Part shown: positions 12,720 to 28,840 of the stretch, piece by piece
Layout of the letters: each line of letters starts with the position of its first letter
Numbering within the stretch: the stretch's first letter is position 1
Assembly: GCA_964016885.1 (NCBI GenBank)
Contig: OZ024745.1
Coordinates: 111,910,001-111,974,000, forward strand
DNA: 64,000 nucleotides
Reading direction: 5' to 3'
From: Eledone cirrhosa
Lineage: Eukaryota
Position numbers and translations under genes: made by a program
The notes under the pieces: generated by a model
What the model was told of the DNA's origin: nothing
What the model saw: only the letters and a program-made list of their open reading frames with translations
The model's database searches: none

Positions 12720-13800
12720 CATCTTTCTCTCTGTCTATTCTTTAATGTTGCTCAGTCATCCCCTCCATAATCTTCCTAGGCTGTTTTTGTTACTGAATAT
12801 TTTGTCAGTTAATGACTATATTCACTAGAAATAAGGTGTCACATTATCATCTTACATGAAACAAACCACTTCCTTTTCTATCTTTTGACAATTTACAGAA
12901 GTGTTTTGTAGTTTGCATTCTTCCTTAAAATTTCTTTCCAATCATTCATTTATTTGATGTTCTATATGTAAAGTACAAAGTATCTCTCTATCATATTTTA
13001 TTTCAAAGGCCATGATCTTTTTCTCAATTTTAGCATTCAATGGCCATGATTTGCACTCATAATTTGTAGTTGGAATTACAATTGCTCTTAAAAAAAAAAA
13101 ATGTTTGGTCCTATTATACTATTTTTATTTTCTAAACAGGTTCTCACTGTAGCTGCTGCAATTCAGCATTTTAATTTTTTCTTTGATCTCACATCTTCTG
13201 TTATTGTTCTTCACAAATATTTAAATTTGCCAACTTTGACTGTCGTTTCTGCTATTTTAATTGGATTGACTGTTTTATTTTTGTTTTTAATAGTTATCAT
13301 TATTTTGTGTTTATTTTTCGGCACTTATTTCCATTCCATATCTTCATGCTATTGTATGAAAATGTGTTGTTAGATCTCCAAGTTCTTTCTCATTTTGTTC
13401 TATTAAATCAACATCATTAGTAAAATGGAGATTACTAACTTCTCTACTTCCTACTTTAATATTACCTTCAAAAGACACGAGGGCTTCCGTCGTTATGAAT
13501 TTTAGAAACATATTCATACCTGACATTAACTGCTGTTTTAAACCAAAAATTGTATTTTTTGCATGTTCACATTTCATAATATTTGTTGATAGTTGGCAAG
13601 TGTTATATTTTTTCATAATAAGCTACAGTGCCTTATGTCACACAAAGTTAAAAGCTATTCTAAACTCAATGAAGCTGTGAGAAAGGTTTCACTTGTGTTC
13701 CAAGTATTTTTCTGCTAGATTATTAGCATAAAAATATCCTCAGCAGTGTTTGTCCCTTACTGGAAACCGACCTGTAATGAAACATGGGCTGATTTCTAAC
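12720..13800 (-). mobile_element. Decayed RTE-clade LINE reverse transcriptase
   Basis: ORF 13344-13616 gives FEGNIKVGSREVSNLHFTNDVDL (degenerate NLRFADD motif). Many stops and frameshifts. Confidence 0.75.
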
Positions 13801-13868
13801 TATAATTTTATTTTCTTTGTTCATTTCATTCACTCAAGTCAAATATATAGCAAAACCATGCTTGAATA

Positions 13869-14170
13869 CTGGGCTGGACTTTCACCTGCTGAGGCCCTAA
13901 GCTATATGAAATTTAAGGCCTTTCTCTAAAAAAAAATTGGGTAAAGAAAATTTAAAATAATCATATATGATTAGTAATGCACTAGATAATTGCTGGCCTT
14001 GTTCCAAACGTAGAAACAATTATTTATTAATGATTACAAAATTAAATGATATATGTACATATATAATTTTTGATAATTTAGTGTTAAAAATATATTTAAA
14101 AAAATGAGGCCCCTGAGTGTGTGTGGCCCTAAACTATTGCTTATTTAACTTACAGGTAAATCCAGCACTG
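13869..14170. mobile_element. hAT-like MITE
   Basis: 8-bp TSD cttgaata (13861-13868 and 14171-14178). Imperfect TIRs ctgggctggactt / aaatccagcactg. Confidence 0.8.
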
Positions 14171-14427
14171 CTTGAATAGCTAATAAAACCAATTGTATGG
14201 TTGTTTTTGCACTTGTTGATGTTTATCTTCTTTGGCAGTGGTATAACAATCAATTCTAACCATCCACTGGGGCATTCGTCAGTATGTAAAATACACTGTT
14301 ACAAATTTTATAAAGAATCTCAATGATATATTCACCTCCCTGCATCAAAAGTTCTGCATTTATGTTATCCATTTCAAATGATTTATTGCATTTTAGTCTC
14401 TAGATTGTATTACTTACTGTATATTAA

Positions 14428-14650
14428 ACCTTTCATTACCTATGTTACTAATGAAATATATTACCTACGTTTTTTAATTAATTTTGTAAACAATCAACAA
14501 TTTGAAAGGATTTAGTAAAATAACTAATCATATTATTATTGAGCTGACATTTAGTACATAACATTATTTTTTATTGAAATAGGAATACTTTAAAATGAAG
14601 TTTATCATAACAGAATTGGGGCAGTTTTGGGTGGGTTTGTATCAAAAGGG
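14428..14650 (-). mobile_element. piggyBac-like MITE
   Basis: TTAA flanks and acctttcattacc...tatcaaaaggg termini. Inverted homologue of 62889-63129. Confidence 0.75.
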
Positions 14651-14865
14651 TTAAGGGGAATTTTCAATATTCCCTTGTTTTGGTTAGGTTGCCATATTTA
14701 TCTTTAGCAACTTGCCATTTAGGTACCCATTCTTTGGTTAGAAACAATTTCTTATATCAATTTAAGAAGGATTGGTAGATACTCTGTAGAATAAATAGTA
14801 ATATAATGGACATGTGGCTTGAGTTTCACCAATGAACCTGTGTCAGATTAATGTTGTATTTGTTA

Positions 14866-15089
14866 CAGTATTGTAGATAGAGGGGGGGGGGGGTCCGCCC
14901 TGGGTGATACTTTTATGGGGATGACACTTTTGGGTCTGCTGTATGCTATAAGCATTCTTCTAATGCTGCAGCATAATATTATAATTGTACATAGACTAGT
15001 TAATAAGAACAATATGTATTTTTGTGGGAGCCCGAAGGCAGCAAACTGAAGGGTGGCCCCAGGCGGCATACACTTTAGCTACATCACTG
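14866..15089. mobile_element. hAT-like MITE
   Basis: 8-bp TSD atttgtta (14858-14865 and 15090-15097). TIRs cagtattgtag / ctacatcactg. Confidence 0.8.
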
Positions 15090-17394
15090 ATTTGTTAGAA
15101 TTTAAGTTGTAGATCTTGAAATATAATATACCATTTTCACAACCTTAAAATTCCTTTCAGTTTTACAAGTTTTAGCTTTAGCTTCCTTTTCCATTTGGTA
15201 AATGAATGATATCAATAATAATACTTCTCTAGCAATAAGAATTTTAAACAAACACATTTGTAATTTACTTGAAATATTTCATAAACCATTTATTTTTTTC
15301 ATGAGCTCTTTTTCTGGTAAATTACACCAATGTGTGTAAAATATTAAGTGTCTCTATGCAAACTATATGGTAGGTGTATACTCCACCATTGAAAATGTCA
15401 TAAGGTGTATAAACAGGCTTATTACTTATACAAAATTGTTGCACCAGTTGTGTAGAAAGAAGGATACATTTCAAGGGAGAATTCACTTATGCATAGTCAG
15501 GAATTTCTAGTAGTAAACAGAGGTAAAAATGACAACTTGTAGTTTGCAAAAATAAGTAAATAGTAGCAGTCGTAGACAAACCTAAACTTGAAGATCAGAA
15601 GAAGCATCAACAAAAGTGAAAGCTAATAAATTACTTATAGAAAGTCCTCAGGGAAAGCAAAAAAAACAGTACATTATATTCTAGAATGACCTTAAGTTAA
15701 TCTTTGGCTACGTATGAAGGTATATTCAGTCACTTTATACAGTGTTTTAAATGTAATTGCTATTTATAACTCCTCTGAATAATCACAAGCTTTTATTAAT
15801 AGGTCGACTATTTATTTTGTTCTATTGTCTGTCTTCTTGAAATTACCAAAATGATATATTCAATTAGACTATATCTAATCTAATGAATTTATTTGATGCT
15901 GTTAGACTAATTCCTTTACAATAATGCTATTCTGAGGATGAGTAGACTAGAAACACCAAAATTAAATATGGAAATGTAATTTTTGATCATTTCTAGTTTT
16001 AATTATCAAGCAATTAGTGATATAATTTAAACCAATGATGCACAACCTTTTTCAGAAGTTGAGCTACAAAATTCACAAAGAAAATTTTATGGACCATCAC
16101 ATAAATATAAATTTACTTTTAATTGCATTATGTCACATAGTAGAATAGAAAACTTGCCACAAGCCACTAAAGCATTGATATGGACCACCAGTGGTCTAAC
16201 AGGAACATGAATCACTGTTATAAACTTATGCAGAGAATGATGTATCAGCAATGGAAAGACTAATAGAAACATTGTTTCTTCAGTCTCATTTGAGTGAGTG
16301 AGGTCTGGGATCTTGAGGATTGATTCAATCAAAGGGTAATTTACCCAATTATCTCAACTATTATTTATATTGAAAGACTGTAATTACAGTAATTTTAAGC
16401 TTTTTTGGATGCTCACATTTTCAATTTTTACATTCTCCCAGTACTTTATAAAAATTATAAGTTTGGTTATGTACTAGCTACCAGCCATATAGCATTCTAA
16501 AAAGAAATAGTGAAAAGTGCCAGTCACCCCTTAGTGTAAGGGTTAATATGCTTGCACAGTATTCAAGAGTTATGAAGTTTAATTCCTTGTTGGTACTTCT
16601 GTCCACTTTTTCCCATCCCTAAGGGTATTTTACCTGATATCCCAACTGTTATTTACATTGTTAGACTGTTATTAGTCATTTTATGTGTTTGGGAGGCTCT
16701 CGTTTTCAAATATATTTAATTAAATCAAATCAAAATTTTTGTTGATTACTAATTTAGGAATAAATGAAGAATGCATGTATATATATTTATAAACTGATGT
16801 GGTATTGGACTGCAGTCATGTTAAGGTGCAACTATTAAGACTTTTGGTTAATTATATTTACCTCAAAAGTAGAGAAGTTGAAGTTGACAAAGGCATAATC
16901 AAATGAAAGCAAATTGTAAAGGGACATAACTGGTTCTGTATATATACTCTTTTATACTTTTTTTCTTTTACTTGTTCCAGCTGACTGGCTGAAGCCACGT
17001 TGGAGCACCCCCATTATGGCTACACATTCTATAGCCAGCCTTCCTTGGTTATATATACATACATATGCTATTTATATCCATGCCATGCATATTTCGGCTT
17101 TTAGAATAGATACACTGTATTCCTGTATGCCATAAGAGGCAACTAAAATGGTTGGTATCAGGAAGGGCATTTGGCTGTAAAAAATTTTCTTAAAACATCC
17201 CGCCCAACCCATGCCATCATGGAAAAGTGGATATAAAAATGATGATAATGATGTGACTTATACAATTCAGAATCTAAAATGCAAGTGTCTGGTGAAACCC
17301 AAATTTATATCTCCCAGTTGACATCTTGAGCTATTCTCTACTATGCTACATGCCTATTTATTCTATGTCTAAAGTCTGCCCAGAGCCCAGAGGA

Positions 17395-17535
17395 ACTTAT
17401 TTTCAGCTGAGTATACTGGAGCAATGTGAAATGAAGTGTTTTGCTCAAGAAAACAACACACAACCCAATCCAGGAATTGAACCCACAACATTATGATCAT
17501 AAGCTCAACACCCTTACCACTAGACCATACACCTC
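17395..17535 (-). mobile_element. SINE family B 5' portion
   Basis: tRNA-like head plus CORE-like segment. Confidence 0.7.
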
Positions 17536-17785
17536 CCCTATTTATCCATATGACACCAAATTCTACTTGAATGTTCATCAATCACTCAGATCGTATTTTT
17601 AATACTAGCACACATGTGTCATCTTCTCAGATATTTGTTGACTTTCATTAATCACAAAGATTTGATGGATTGAATTTGCTTTTGTATATCTCAATCTATT
17701 AGTTGTAAGCTCTCATCAAATTGATCTCAGCTATCTAAGCTAGGCATTTATAGTTTTATTTATCATCTATAAATAGTGTAATTAT

Positions 17786-18090
17786 GGTATGGTATGGTCC
17801 CGTAACTCTTGATGGAGTCACAGGGTCAGCGTAATGATATACAGCATTTCTTGGGCATTTTATGTCTGGCAAATCCCATCTCTCTCCAGGCCTGAGCATA
17901 GCAAATTTCTCTCAGAGAAGGATAGAAAGTGAGAGAATGGAAATGAAAAAGAGATATAGAGGTAGAGTCAACCCCAGTACTAGACTGGTACTTTTTTATC
18001 AACCTTGAATGGATGAAAGGCAAAGTTAACATTGGTGGGATTTGAATTCAGAGAGCAGAGAGCCAGAATGAATACCACAAAGCACTCTAT
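17786..18090 (-). mobile_element. SINE A variant with an extended tail ending in (ACCAT)n
   Basis: Core ctttgcctttcatccattcaaggttgataaaaaagtaccag followed by an approximately 170-bp tail shared with other copies. Confidence 0.7.
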
Positions 18091-18599
18091 CTGCTGTTGC
18101 TGTTGCTACTACTACTACTACTACTACAACATGACTACCACCATCACCACCACCACCAAAACCACCACCACTGCCACTGCTGCTGCTGCAATTTTCTGGT
18201 TGTATTTTTACATAGAAACTCCTTCATTTACTCAATTCTATATATATTTATGTATGAGGAATCATACAGTTACATTTTTCTAACTTCCACAAAGCAAATT
18301 TCATAGAAATGCAATGGAAAATTTACAAAAATATGCATTTAAAAAAAATCAATGAAAGTCAGAGAGTGATCATAAATCTTTTTGTATAAATACACAGAAA
18401 TTTGCTGTTTTATTTATAGTAAGAGAGGAATACATTGTCATTGACCTTTGTAAATCCTCCCAGTCTGGTGAAATTGAGGCAGCTGATGTCCCTCCAGAAC
18501 ATCTGTAATAAAAATTTAGACGGAGAGGAAAACATTTTTTAAATTCAATTTTATTTCATTTTATTTTATTTTATATTATCTGTAAAAGTGATTGTGTTG

Positions 18600-18930
18600 A
18601 TGGCATAACAAAAAGCATGCAGTCCACCTTGTTATGTGGTTGTTTTCGTGCCATGACAAAATGAATTCAGTCCACCCTGTAATGTGGTTGTTTTGGTGCC
18701 ATGATAAAAAGCACCCAGTTCACCCTGTAATGTGGTCATTTCAGTGCCAAGACAAAATGCATTCAGTCCATGCTGTAAATGTGGTTAGCATTATGATGGG
18801 CATCCAGCCATAAAAACCAACCCAGAAACAGTTCTGTATGAGCAAGACATGGTCACCTGATCTGACAACACCAGGACAACTCATCTAATCCATGCTAGTG
18901 TGGAAAATGGATGTGAAACAATGATGATGA
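18600..18930 (+). mobile_element. SINE B/RTE-tail element with four internal tandem units of about 46 bp
   Basis: Repeated aaa.gca..cagtccaccctgtaatgtggt units, ending catgctagtgtggaaaatggatgtgaaacaatgatg. Confidence 0.75.
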
Positions 18931-19371
18931 TATCTAATTCTGAGATCTCACCTTACTACCACTTCCCATTTTCACCTTGTCTTACTCTGTCACAGGTAGT
19001 CTCCAACTCCGCTAAGACATGGTATATGGTATTGTTTTCACCCATCACTTATTGCTCGTTTGCATCACACATCTATATCAAAACAGACATCTCTCCTGAG
19101 ACTTTGACTTTCACTTTGACTTTGACATCACTGTACATTTAATGGCTAATATCCTCTTAATCTCTTTCCTTCTCTCTAGTCTTGGCAGATCTTTCATATT
19201 CAATGTGCATGTCACACTACTTTGCAGCGTCATACTTCTAATGCATGCTTCCTATTGTCTGTCTTTCATATTAAGAAATAAAACATTTCTTGTCAAAATG
19301 GCAACAGCTCCTTGGACTTATTTTATCTGTTGCTTAAGTTAAGCCTTTACCATTTACATAACTCTACATTT

Positions 19372-19750
19372 CTAGGGTGGGTAAAATTCCCGAGATCCAT
19401 GGACGAGTTCTCTCCAGCGGTCTCTGTCCCTTATTATCACTGCCATGTCCTGCGTCTCCAACAGACCAGTGTCTGTCCTTAGGGCATCAACATACGTTAA
19501 CCTTGGTCTTCCTCTTCTAGTGTGTCCATGTAGGGGCTCCCACAGGGGCACTGAGTGCAATGTCAACTCTGGATGTGGGTGAGCATGTCCAGCTAACCTC
19601 AGTCTCCTCTGTGTCACTTTTGAGCTGACTTTTTGGAGGCTTCCATACAGCTCTGAGTTTTTCATCCTCAGTCTATACTGATTAATGTTCAGAGCCATCC
19701 TCAGCATTCTTGTGTAGCACCCATCCACCATCTGAGTGAGTTTCTTGGTC
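19372..19750 (-). mobile_element. 5'-truncated RTE LINE (RT C-terminus)
   Basis: Open frame DGCYTRMLRMALNI...RRLRLAGH...RGRPRLTYVD, flanked by the 11-bp direct repeat actctacattt (19361-19371 and 19751-19761). Confidence 0.85.
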
Positions 19751-21063
19751 ACTCTACATTTACTATTATATTTTCATGGTAAAGGCTTTACCTCACATAA
19801 TTATTTCACATAAAATCGAATCTATGAGATTTTGATATTATTTATTTTGAGAACAATACCTTAACATCAGTATAAGCAGCCAGTTACAGCCAGTTTGAAC
19901 AGAAAAGGTGAGAGAATTCTGGCCAGATACGGCCAGTTTAAATGCTATTTATTGCAATTATCTCCAGAAATGATTGAGTTTACTTAGATGACAGAAACCA
20001 TCAACTATATCCAGTTAACCCAGCTCATTAAGTAGTTCATGAATATCACATTTTGTGTGACACTACTGTTAACTATTCTTGTTTATTTTATTAAGGTAAT
20101 TTATGCTTTGATCATGTCCATTGCATCTAACATCAAAGTCTGTAGACATGAAGAAACAGACTGGACAGTGGAGGAAATACTAGTTTCAGAATGCACCACT
20201 GCATCACCCACAAATAATGCTTTCATTACTGGAGTGCACAAGGGTGGTGCGTTGGCAGAAACATTAGAGTGTCAGATGAAATACATGGCAACATTTTGTT
20301 ATGGCCTTCTCCAATCTGGTTTCAAATCCCACTGAGGTCAACTTTGCTTCTCATCCTTTTGTGTTTGATAAAATATATATCAATAAAGAACTGGTTATAA
20401 TTTCCTTTTGCTGCCAAATTCTAGGCTTTATGCCTCAATTAAAAACTATTATTAAGAGCAATTAATTGGCAGAATCAATTCAAATTCCACCAAAGTATAC
20501 TTTGTGTTTCATTCTTCTGTACTCGATAAAATAAAGTACCAGTCATATACCAAGATTGATGTACTTGACTTTCCTCTCTCCACAAATTGTTGGCCTTGTA
20601 CGTAAATTAAAAACCATTATTAGAGTGCACAGCAGATCCTCAGCAAGTCAAAAGCAAAGAATATCTATGATGCCATATTTGTATGGAGATCACGCTTAGA
20701 CATTTCTCAAATTAACTACTACTATTAGATCTGCTGAAACAGGGCTAGAGCATGTGTTTGTAGTGTGGGAGAGAGCAAAAGTATATTTTAAAAAAAAGTC
20801 CAAAGAAACAATAGCAAAGAAACAAACAAACAACAACAACAAAAAAAGCTGAAGTAGACATTTTGTACTTGGATCAGAGATTTATTAAAAAAAAGGTATA
20901 TGATGAAACACTTAACTTAACACCAATTTTGTCTGTTTGTGAGTGTGTGCTTCTACATTTACTATAGCTTACTTCTTCCAATTTTAAAGTAGATCTTTTT
21001 TATCACCACTATTCAGCCTTAAGCTGTAATAGCTAACACTATATTTTCTATGAGGTGTAGGTT

Positions 21064-22860
<1,797 letters not shown>

Positions 22861-22940
22861 ATAATGCTCTACATGAATTTATATGAATAAAAATATAGTA
22901 CTCAATACAATTGAAAAATAAAATGTATATTTTGGTATAG

Positions 22941-22976
<36 letters not shown>

Positions 22977-23170
22977 GACATTGGTATTAACAACTTCATG
23001 TCTGAGTTAATAGTGAATAATGTAAACAAGTTTTTACTGGTGGAAAGAAAATTACTTAATAGTACATGGCTGTTAGCCAAGATTTAATAACTGAAGTTTC
23101 AACTCTGTGTTACATAATATATATATGCGTGTCTGTGTGCGTATATATATATGTTTGCGTGTGTGTGTGT

Positions 23171-23210
<40 letters not shown>

Positions 23211-23345
23211 GACCTGTTCATTAGAATTTTAGAGCTTTATTTTGCGGATGATATGGCGCATGTCTTTCTGGCATGACACCCATAATTTGATTTAGATTAA
23301 ATTCATTTTGATTTATCTTAATTTTGGATATAGATATATATATAT

Positions 23346-23712
23346 ATGGGTACAAGCTGATTTATCTTAATTTTGGATATATATAATTTTGGATATATAC
23401 AAGCTGAAGCATATAGACAATATGTCCCCACACCTCCCACTGCAAGGTGGTCGTGGAGGTGCCACGGCAAAAAAGCACCCAGCCCACACTGTAAAGTGAA
23501 CGTGTAGGCGCCACGAAAAAGCACCCAGCATTCACTGTAAATGAGGTTGGTGTTAGGAAGGGCATCCAGCTGTAGAAATCAAGCCGAATCAGTTCCTGTA
23601 TGAGCAAGGCATGGTCAGCCGACCAGACACTGCCTACAACAGGACAACCCGTCTAACCCATGCTAGCGTGGAAGAACGGACGTAAAACGGTGATGATGAT
23701 GATGATGATGAT
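23346..23712 (+). mobile_element. RTE 3' UTR / SINE-B-like tail element
   Basis: Nearly identical to the reverse complement of 38570-38880. (GAT)n tail. Confidence 0.85.
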
Positions 23713-23929
23713 ATATATATATATATATATATATAAATCAGGAAAGAAGAGTGACACGGTTTGCTATACAAAAAAAGGTTTTTAATCTCATTGCAACAAT
23801 TGTTTTTCTGAACTACCCGGAGTACCCTAACTGGACTACACTTAAGTGGACTACTTATAACAATAATCTGTTACCACGTATATATATATATATATAAATG
23901 TTTGTGTGTGTGTATATATATTTGTGTGC

Positions 23930-23968
<39 letters not shown>

Positions 23969-24026
23969 TGTGTGTGTGTGTATATATATATATTTGTGTG
24001 CGTATATATATATATATTTGTGTGCG

Positions 24027-24067
<41 letters not shown>

Positions 24068-24080
24068 TTATACACACATG

Positions 24081-24111
<31 letters not shown>

Positions 24112-24371
24112 GTGTATATGTTAAGCAATGAAAACAAAAAAAAAAGGTCTAACAGTAACTAATTGAACACTGAATCTTGTTGTTTTTGATCTCATTGTTC
24201 AACCTTTATGTCTGATTTTGTACTTCTGTTGAATACTTAACAAAATAATATAAGATGCCATTATTGCACAAAAACAAAAGCATTCTTCACTTTGTTTCAT
24301 TGAGATATTCATATCTACCCTACATTTCTAACTTGTGTGTGTATGTATGTATGTATGTATGTATGTGTGTA

Positions 24372-24981
24372 TGTCAGGTCACCAGTTGGTGCTAATGGTA
24401 ACATGTATCCCAGTACAACCTGTCCCATGGTTGGGTCGTTGGCAACTAAACTGGCAACCCCACCAAGGTTTCTTGGTGAGGAGGGTGACTTTCGACATCC
24501 TACAGGACTAAAAACAAAACCTGTCAAAGGGAAAAGGAGCTCTTAAGAGTCAATGGCCATCCAAAATCACCGGGAGAGATGACCCCTTAGCCTTTGTCAA
24601 GTCAGAATTCTAGGAGAAGGAAAACTCTGATATAACACCTGCAACCCTGATGGTATCCAATGATGTGACTTGTTCTTCTTTTTGGTAAATATCATCTTGG
24701 TTAAGAGAGTGGGACTGGCTTTGTGCAGTGCCTTTGCTCACTATAAAAGCTTCACGGCACAGGCATTGCTTTATATCTGGAGATCTCTCAGCACTTGTCG
24801 TCACGTGGTGCCGTAGGCCCATTGCTATGTGTCAATGGTTGTCACAAGTGTGGTGTTTGTGCCAGAATTTTCAAGTCGCTGGCTGGACTAAAAAGCCACA
24901 CTCGTTCAGTGCATCGGTAGGGGTTCTCCTACATGGATATAAAGTAGTGGCTGTACTTGAAAACGAGTTGGCAGCCACCAT
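24372..24981 (+). mobile_element. Microsatellite-embedded non-coding element family D, subfamily D1 copy 1
   Basis: gtcaggtcacc...ggcagccaccat, highly similar to 29459-30068. Contains the RTE-5'UTR-like motif taggagaaggaaaactctga. Confidence 0.85.
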
Positions 24982-25392
24982 GTGTGTATGTGTGTATGTA
25001 TGTATGTATGTATGTGTGTGTGTATGTATGTATGTATGTATGTATGTATGTATGTATGTATGTATGTATGTATGTATGTATGTATGTGTATATGTATGTA
25101 TGTGTATATGTATGTATGTGTATATAAAGTAGTCAATTTGGTAGAGATGTTAAAGGATTGGATATTTGTTCCATGCTGCTGTGTTCTGAGTTCAAATCCC
25201 TTCGAAGTTCATTTTGACTTTCATCCTTTCGGGGTCGATAAAGAAAGTACCAACCCAGGGCTGTCTTTCCTTCCAGCTTTCCCATCCTGGATGTTTTGCT
25301 GGATCAAAGAGAGGGAGGGTTGAGAGGGTGTCTGTGTATATTCACAACTGTCTGGTTACCTGAAACCTTAGTGAAAGATTATACATATGCAT

Positions 25393-25655
25393 TGTTTCCT
25401 TGAGCAAGACACTTTATTTCACATTGCTCCAGTTTACTCAGCTGTAGAAATGAGATGATAGGGACTAGGGTCCATATCATTCCACTGTAAAGTGGTCATG
25501 GAGGTGCCATGGCAAAAAAAGCACCCAGCACTCACTGTAAATGAGGTTGGTGTTAGGAAGGGCATCCAGCTGTAGAAATCAAGCCAGAATCAGTTCCCGT
25601 CCCACCCTTGCAAGCAGGGGAAAAGTAGACGTAAAATGATGATGAAATGATGATT
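25393..25655 (+). mobile_element. SINE family B (CORE plus RTE tail)
   Basis: ccttgagcaagacac...cccacccttgcaagcagggg...gatgatg. Confidence 0.85.
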
Positions 25656-26449
25656 ATACATATATATTATATATGTTGAATTCTGTTTCTTCTATTTGTA
25701 AAACTTAACATATTTTTACAGTAACACCTTGGATAGCACTCTAGATACTTTCCTTAAAATTCAATAGTCTTAAAAAAAAGCAACACTGGATGGAATCATG
25801 ATAATATAGTACAAATAGAGATAAATTATTGTATTTTTTTAACACTGATATATACACAGACGATAAACATTGTGATAAACATCATCAAGTGATGAAATTA
25901 TCCGTAAACTCACTTTTGCATTCACCAAGTAGGTAATAATTTTTGATAACCTAACACAATTAGATGTCACACATGGTGATATGCATTTATGATGTAATTA
26001 GAAAGCATGTTTAATTGATCAATATCTAATGTTATAATACAATTATGAACAGGGTTAAATGAATCAAATTTAATCACATGTACAAAGGCTTGCTCATCAT
26101 TAATTCAGTTCAAAAAACATTAGTGAGTAATGGAATAAAATAGTCTGTATTCAAGAAGAATGACCAAGTTGATGCTGTTCAATTTTCATAGGATACAATG
26201 TTTATAGACTGTAGGAAATCTATCCAATTTATTTCAGAACTTAGGCTCGAATCTAAATTAACCTTCATAGCCATGACTTTCAATAGCTGCATGAACATTG
26301 CTAGTACATAAGATGTGTGTATCTGTGAAACATATACATATAAACCAGGTCTGAACACAGAGGAACCAAACTCCTGCTGTCACTGCCTCTGTCTCTCCTG
26401 CTCTCCCCATCTCTCACTATTGTGAACAAATAGATGCCCATGCACTGGC

Positions 26450-26535
26450 CGTCCCACGGCCCCACCAGACAGAATAGACATGCCGTTTCTCCGGAGGATG
26501 GTGAGGGAGACGCGCTGGAAGAGCCATTCCAGCTT
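26450..26535 (-). mobile_element. CRE-clade LINE C-terminal relic
   Basis: Minus strand LEWLFQRVSLTILRRNGMSIL resembles the CRE 'FQRLSxAxxRGNA' motif. Confidence 0.6.
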
Positions 26536-27694
26536 GTGAGGCTAAAGTTGACTAAGTCGTACTTCTCTGTACACATTCTTGAGTCTTCTATCCCCATCAG
26601 AGTAATTCTCAATAAATTATTCCATAATTTCTATAATGTTAGTAATGCAGTTATCGAGGAAGTCAATAGTAAGAATTCTTTCTGGTATCACTTGCTCTGC
26701 AGTAGGCAGAGCCATATTTAGAACTTGTGGGGCCCGGGGCAGTTCAGGTTTGTGTGTGTGGGGGGCTCATGGCTGTTCCTAGAATGGGCCCTGTTTGACA
26801 ATGGGTGCCCAGGGCATTTGCCCCCTCCACCCCTGATAAATCCGGTCTTTAATCTCATTTTGGATGCATTGCTGAACTAACTCTAGTAGTTCTTCGACAC
26901 ACCATTTTATACCAGATTCTATTAACTCCTCGGAATTTTCTATAGTACCATTTTGCATTCTCCTTTCTTTGGTGAGCTCAACGAGGTTATTAAAGTCATT
27001 ACATGCTTCTAGCTATAGCTTCTTCCAAACTCTTCTTGTACAGTTTTCATTTACTTTATCTCAGACTATTCTTAATATTATCTATGTTCTTTATTATATG
27101 GTAGTTTTACCAAAGGTCTGTGATAGATTGTTTATAATGGTGATTTGTTTCTTCAACAAGTTGTTTGGTCTACTACCAAATGCAATAGAGCTTAACATTA
27201 GAACCTACACGCTGATCTAGGTGGTTTGAGGTAATGAAGTGGTGACCGTTTATGACAACAAAAATATTACAATAAATGTATACTGACTATATTGATAAAC
27301 TATTTCAACAAAAATGCAGGGCTGAAGTGTGTTGATATTTTATGAGTAGCCTGGAGTACTATCAATCACAAACAAAGCCTTAGATTATGAATATTTATTT
27401 ACTTTGGATCAGAGTATGAAAAAAAGTCAGTGTGTGAAAATTTCTGTTTTTACTTAGACACATTTGATTTACAAATCACAGGAAAATATGTCAATGATAT
27501 TTCTATCATTGGTTATAGTATTTCTGGTTTTTTGTTTCAATATTGCATTGCTCAGGAGGTGACTGAACAGGAAGATGGATGCTTTTGTTCATTTCTCCCA
27601 TGTATTTTGTATTGTTTTTTCATGTGCTAGTTTGCTATATATATATATATATATATATATCATGTATCTACCATATGTATATGTACCACGTATC

Positions 27695-27780
<86 letters not shown>

Positions 27781-27987
27781 CTACCACATATATATATACC
27801 ACATATCTACCATATATATATGTACCACATATCTACCATATATATATGTACCACATATCTACGATATATGTGTATATATATATGTATATAATATGTAGAT
27901 TCCAAAGTTGTGTTGGGGGATAACCACAATTAAAAAAGGTACTCAATGCATTGGTAGAGTATACATTTTTATTTTATATAGAAATAG

Positions 27988-28035
27988 CTTCTACAGGACT
28001 AGAACTATTTCATCCATATGAAATCACCAGGAAAG
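27988..28035 (-). ncRNA. Degenerate type-I hammerhead ribozyme within a diverged fold-back (about 27965-28096)
   Basis: Minus strand: tttc-CTGGTGA-tttcatatggat-GAAA-tag ttctagtc ctg-TA-gaag. The core carries an A>G change. Confidence 0.6.
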
Positions 28036-28190
28036 ATTTCATACGAATGAAACCATTCTAGTCCTTTAGAAGTCATTTTTATATAAAATATAAAATAACT
28101 CACTCGATATGCAAATTAGGCTGCCCAGCCATTAATATGCATAAGGAAAGTATATACTTTCAGACGTTCAACCATCTGACAGGAAGGTAT

Positions 28191-28233
28191 GCAATGCTGA
28201 CGATAGCTAATAAGCTTGAAACTAGTACATCGT
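28191..28233 (+). ncRNA. Minimal type-I hammerhead ribozyme (Penelope-type)
   Basis: gcaatg-CTGACGA-t agct aata agct t-GAAA-ctag-TA-catcgt. Stem I atg/cat, stem II agct/agct, palindromic stem III actagt. Confidence 0.8.
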
Positions 28234-28507
28234 TCCTGTGTCAGTGTTGAACAAAAAGGCGACGATGGTTGCCTGAACACTGTACAGCGTAATTCGGGCT
28301 GTTTGTTTGTTTACAAACAAACCGAACATTATAATAAATGTTTGGTAAACCCATACATACATATATATATGTGTATGCATGTATGTATGTATATATATAC
28401 ATACTACTGTATGTCTGTATACATATATATATGTACGTATACATACATACTTACATTAATATATATATATATGTAAATATATATATATATGTAAATATAT
28501 ATATATG

Positions 28508-28536
<29 letters not shown>

Positions 28537-28538
<2 letters not shown>

Positions 28539-28840
28539 CATAAAACATGTCTATAAAATCACCAGATAAATAAATGTATTCTATTTTCTCCTAGTTTATT
28601 TTACACCTAATTCTGTTTAATTGATTGTATCTGGGCGATTACGCTGTCGAAATATTCGATAAATATTCCGTCGCGGCCGGCACGAAGGGCTAGTTTCGGT
28701 TATTTGTTGGAGATTTCTTCATAGAAGCCTTATTCTTATAGCTTGGTCTATTCGATTTTTTATATAGTTAATTATGCTAATTGGGAGAGGAAATGGTATA
28801 TATTTTATCTGGTGATTTTATAGACATGTTTTATGATATA
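28537..28840. mobile_element. Short element bounded by inverted repeats of about 35 bp, next to (TA)n
   Basis: atcataaaacatgtctataaaatcaccagataaa vs tttatctggtgattttatagacatgttttatgat. Confidence 0.75.

Noticed and set aside
15925-15975. CTGAGGA-tgagtagacta-GAAA hammerhead-like motif
   Set aside because: No convincing stem III or stem I pairing.
18412-18502. Possible minus-strand terminal exon after the acceptor ttttattacag (three frames open for 20-40 codons)
   Set aside because: No recognisable protein and no partner exons identified. RNA-seq would be needed.
26713-26850. hAT-like MITE (ggggccc-rich, taaatccgg end)
   Set aside because: Termini are degenerate and no TSD was found, so it is too weak to call.
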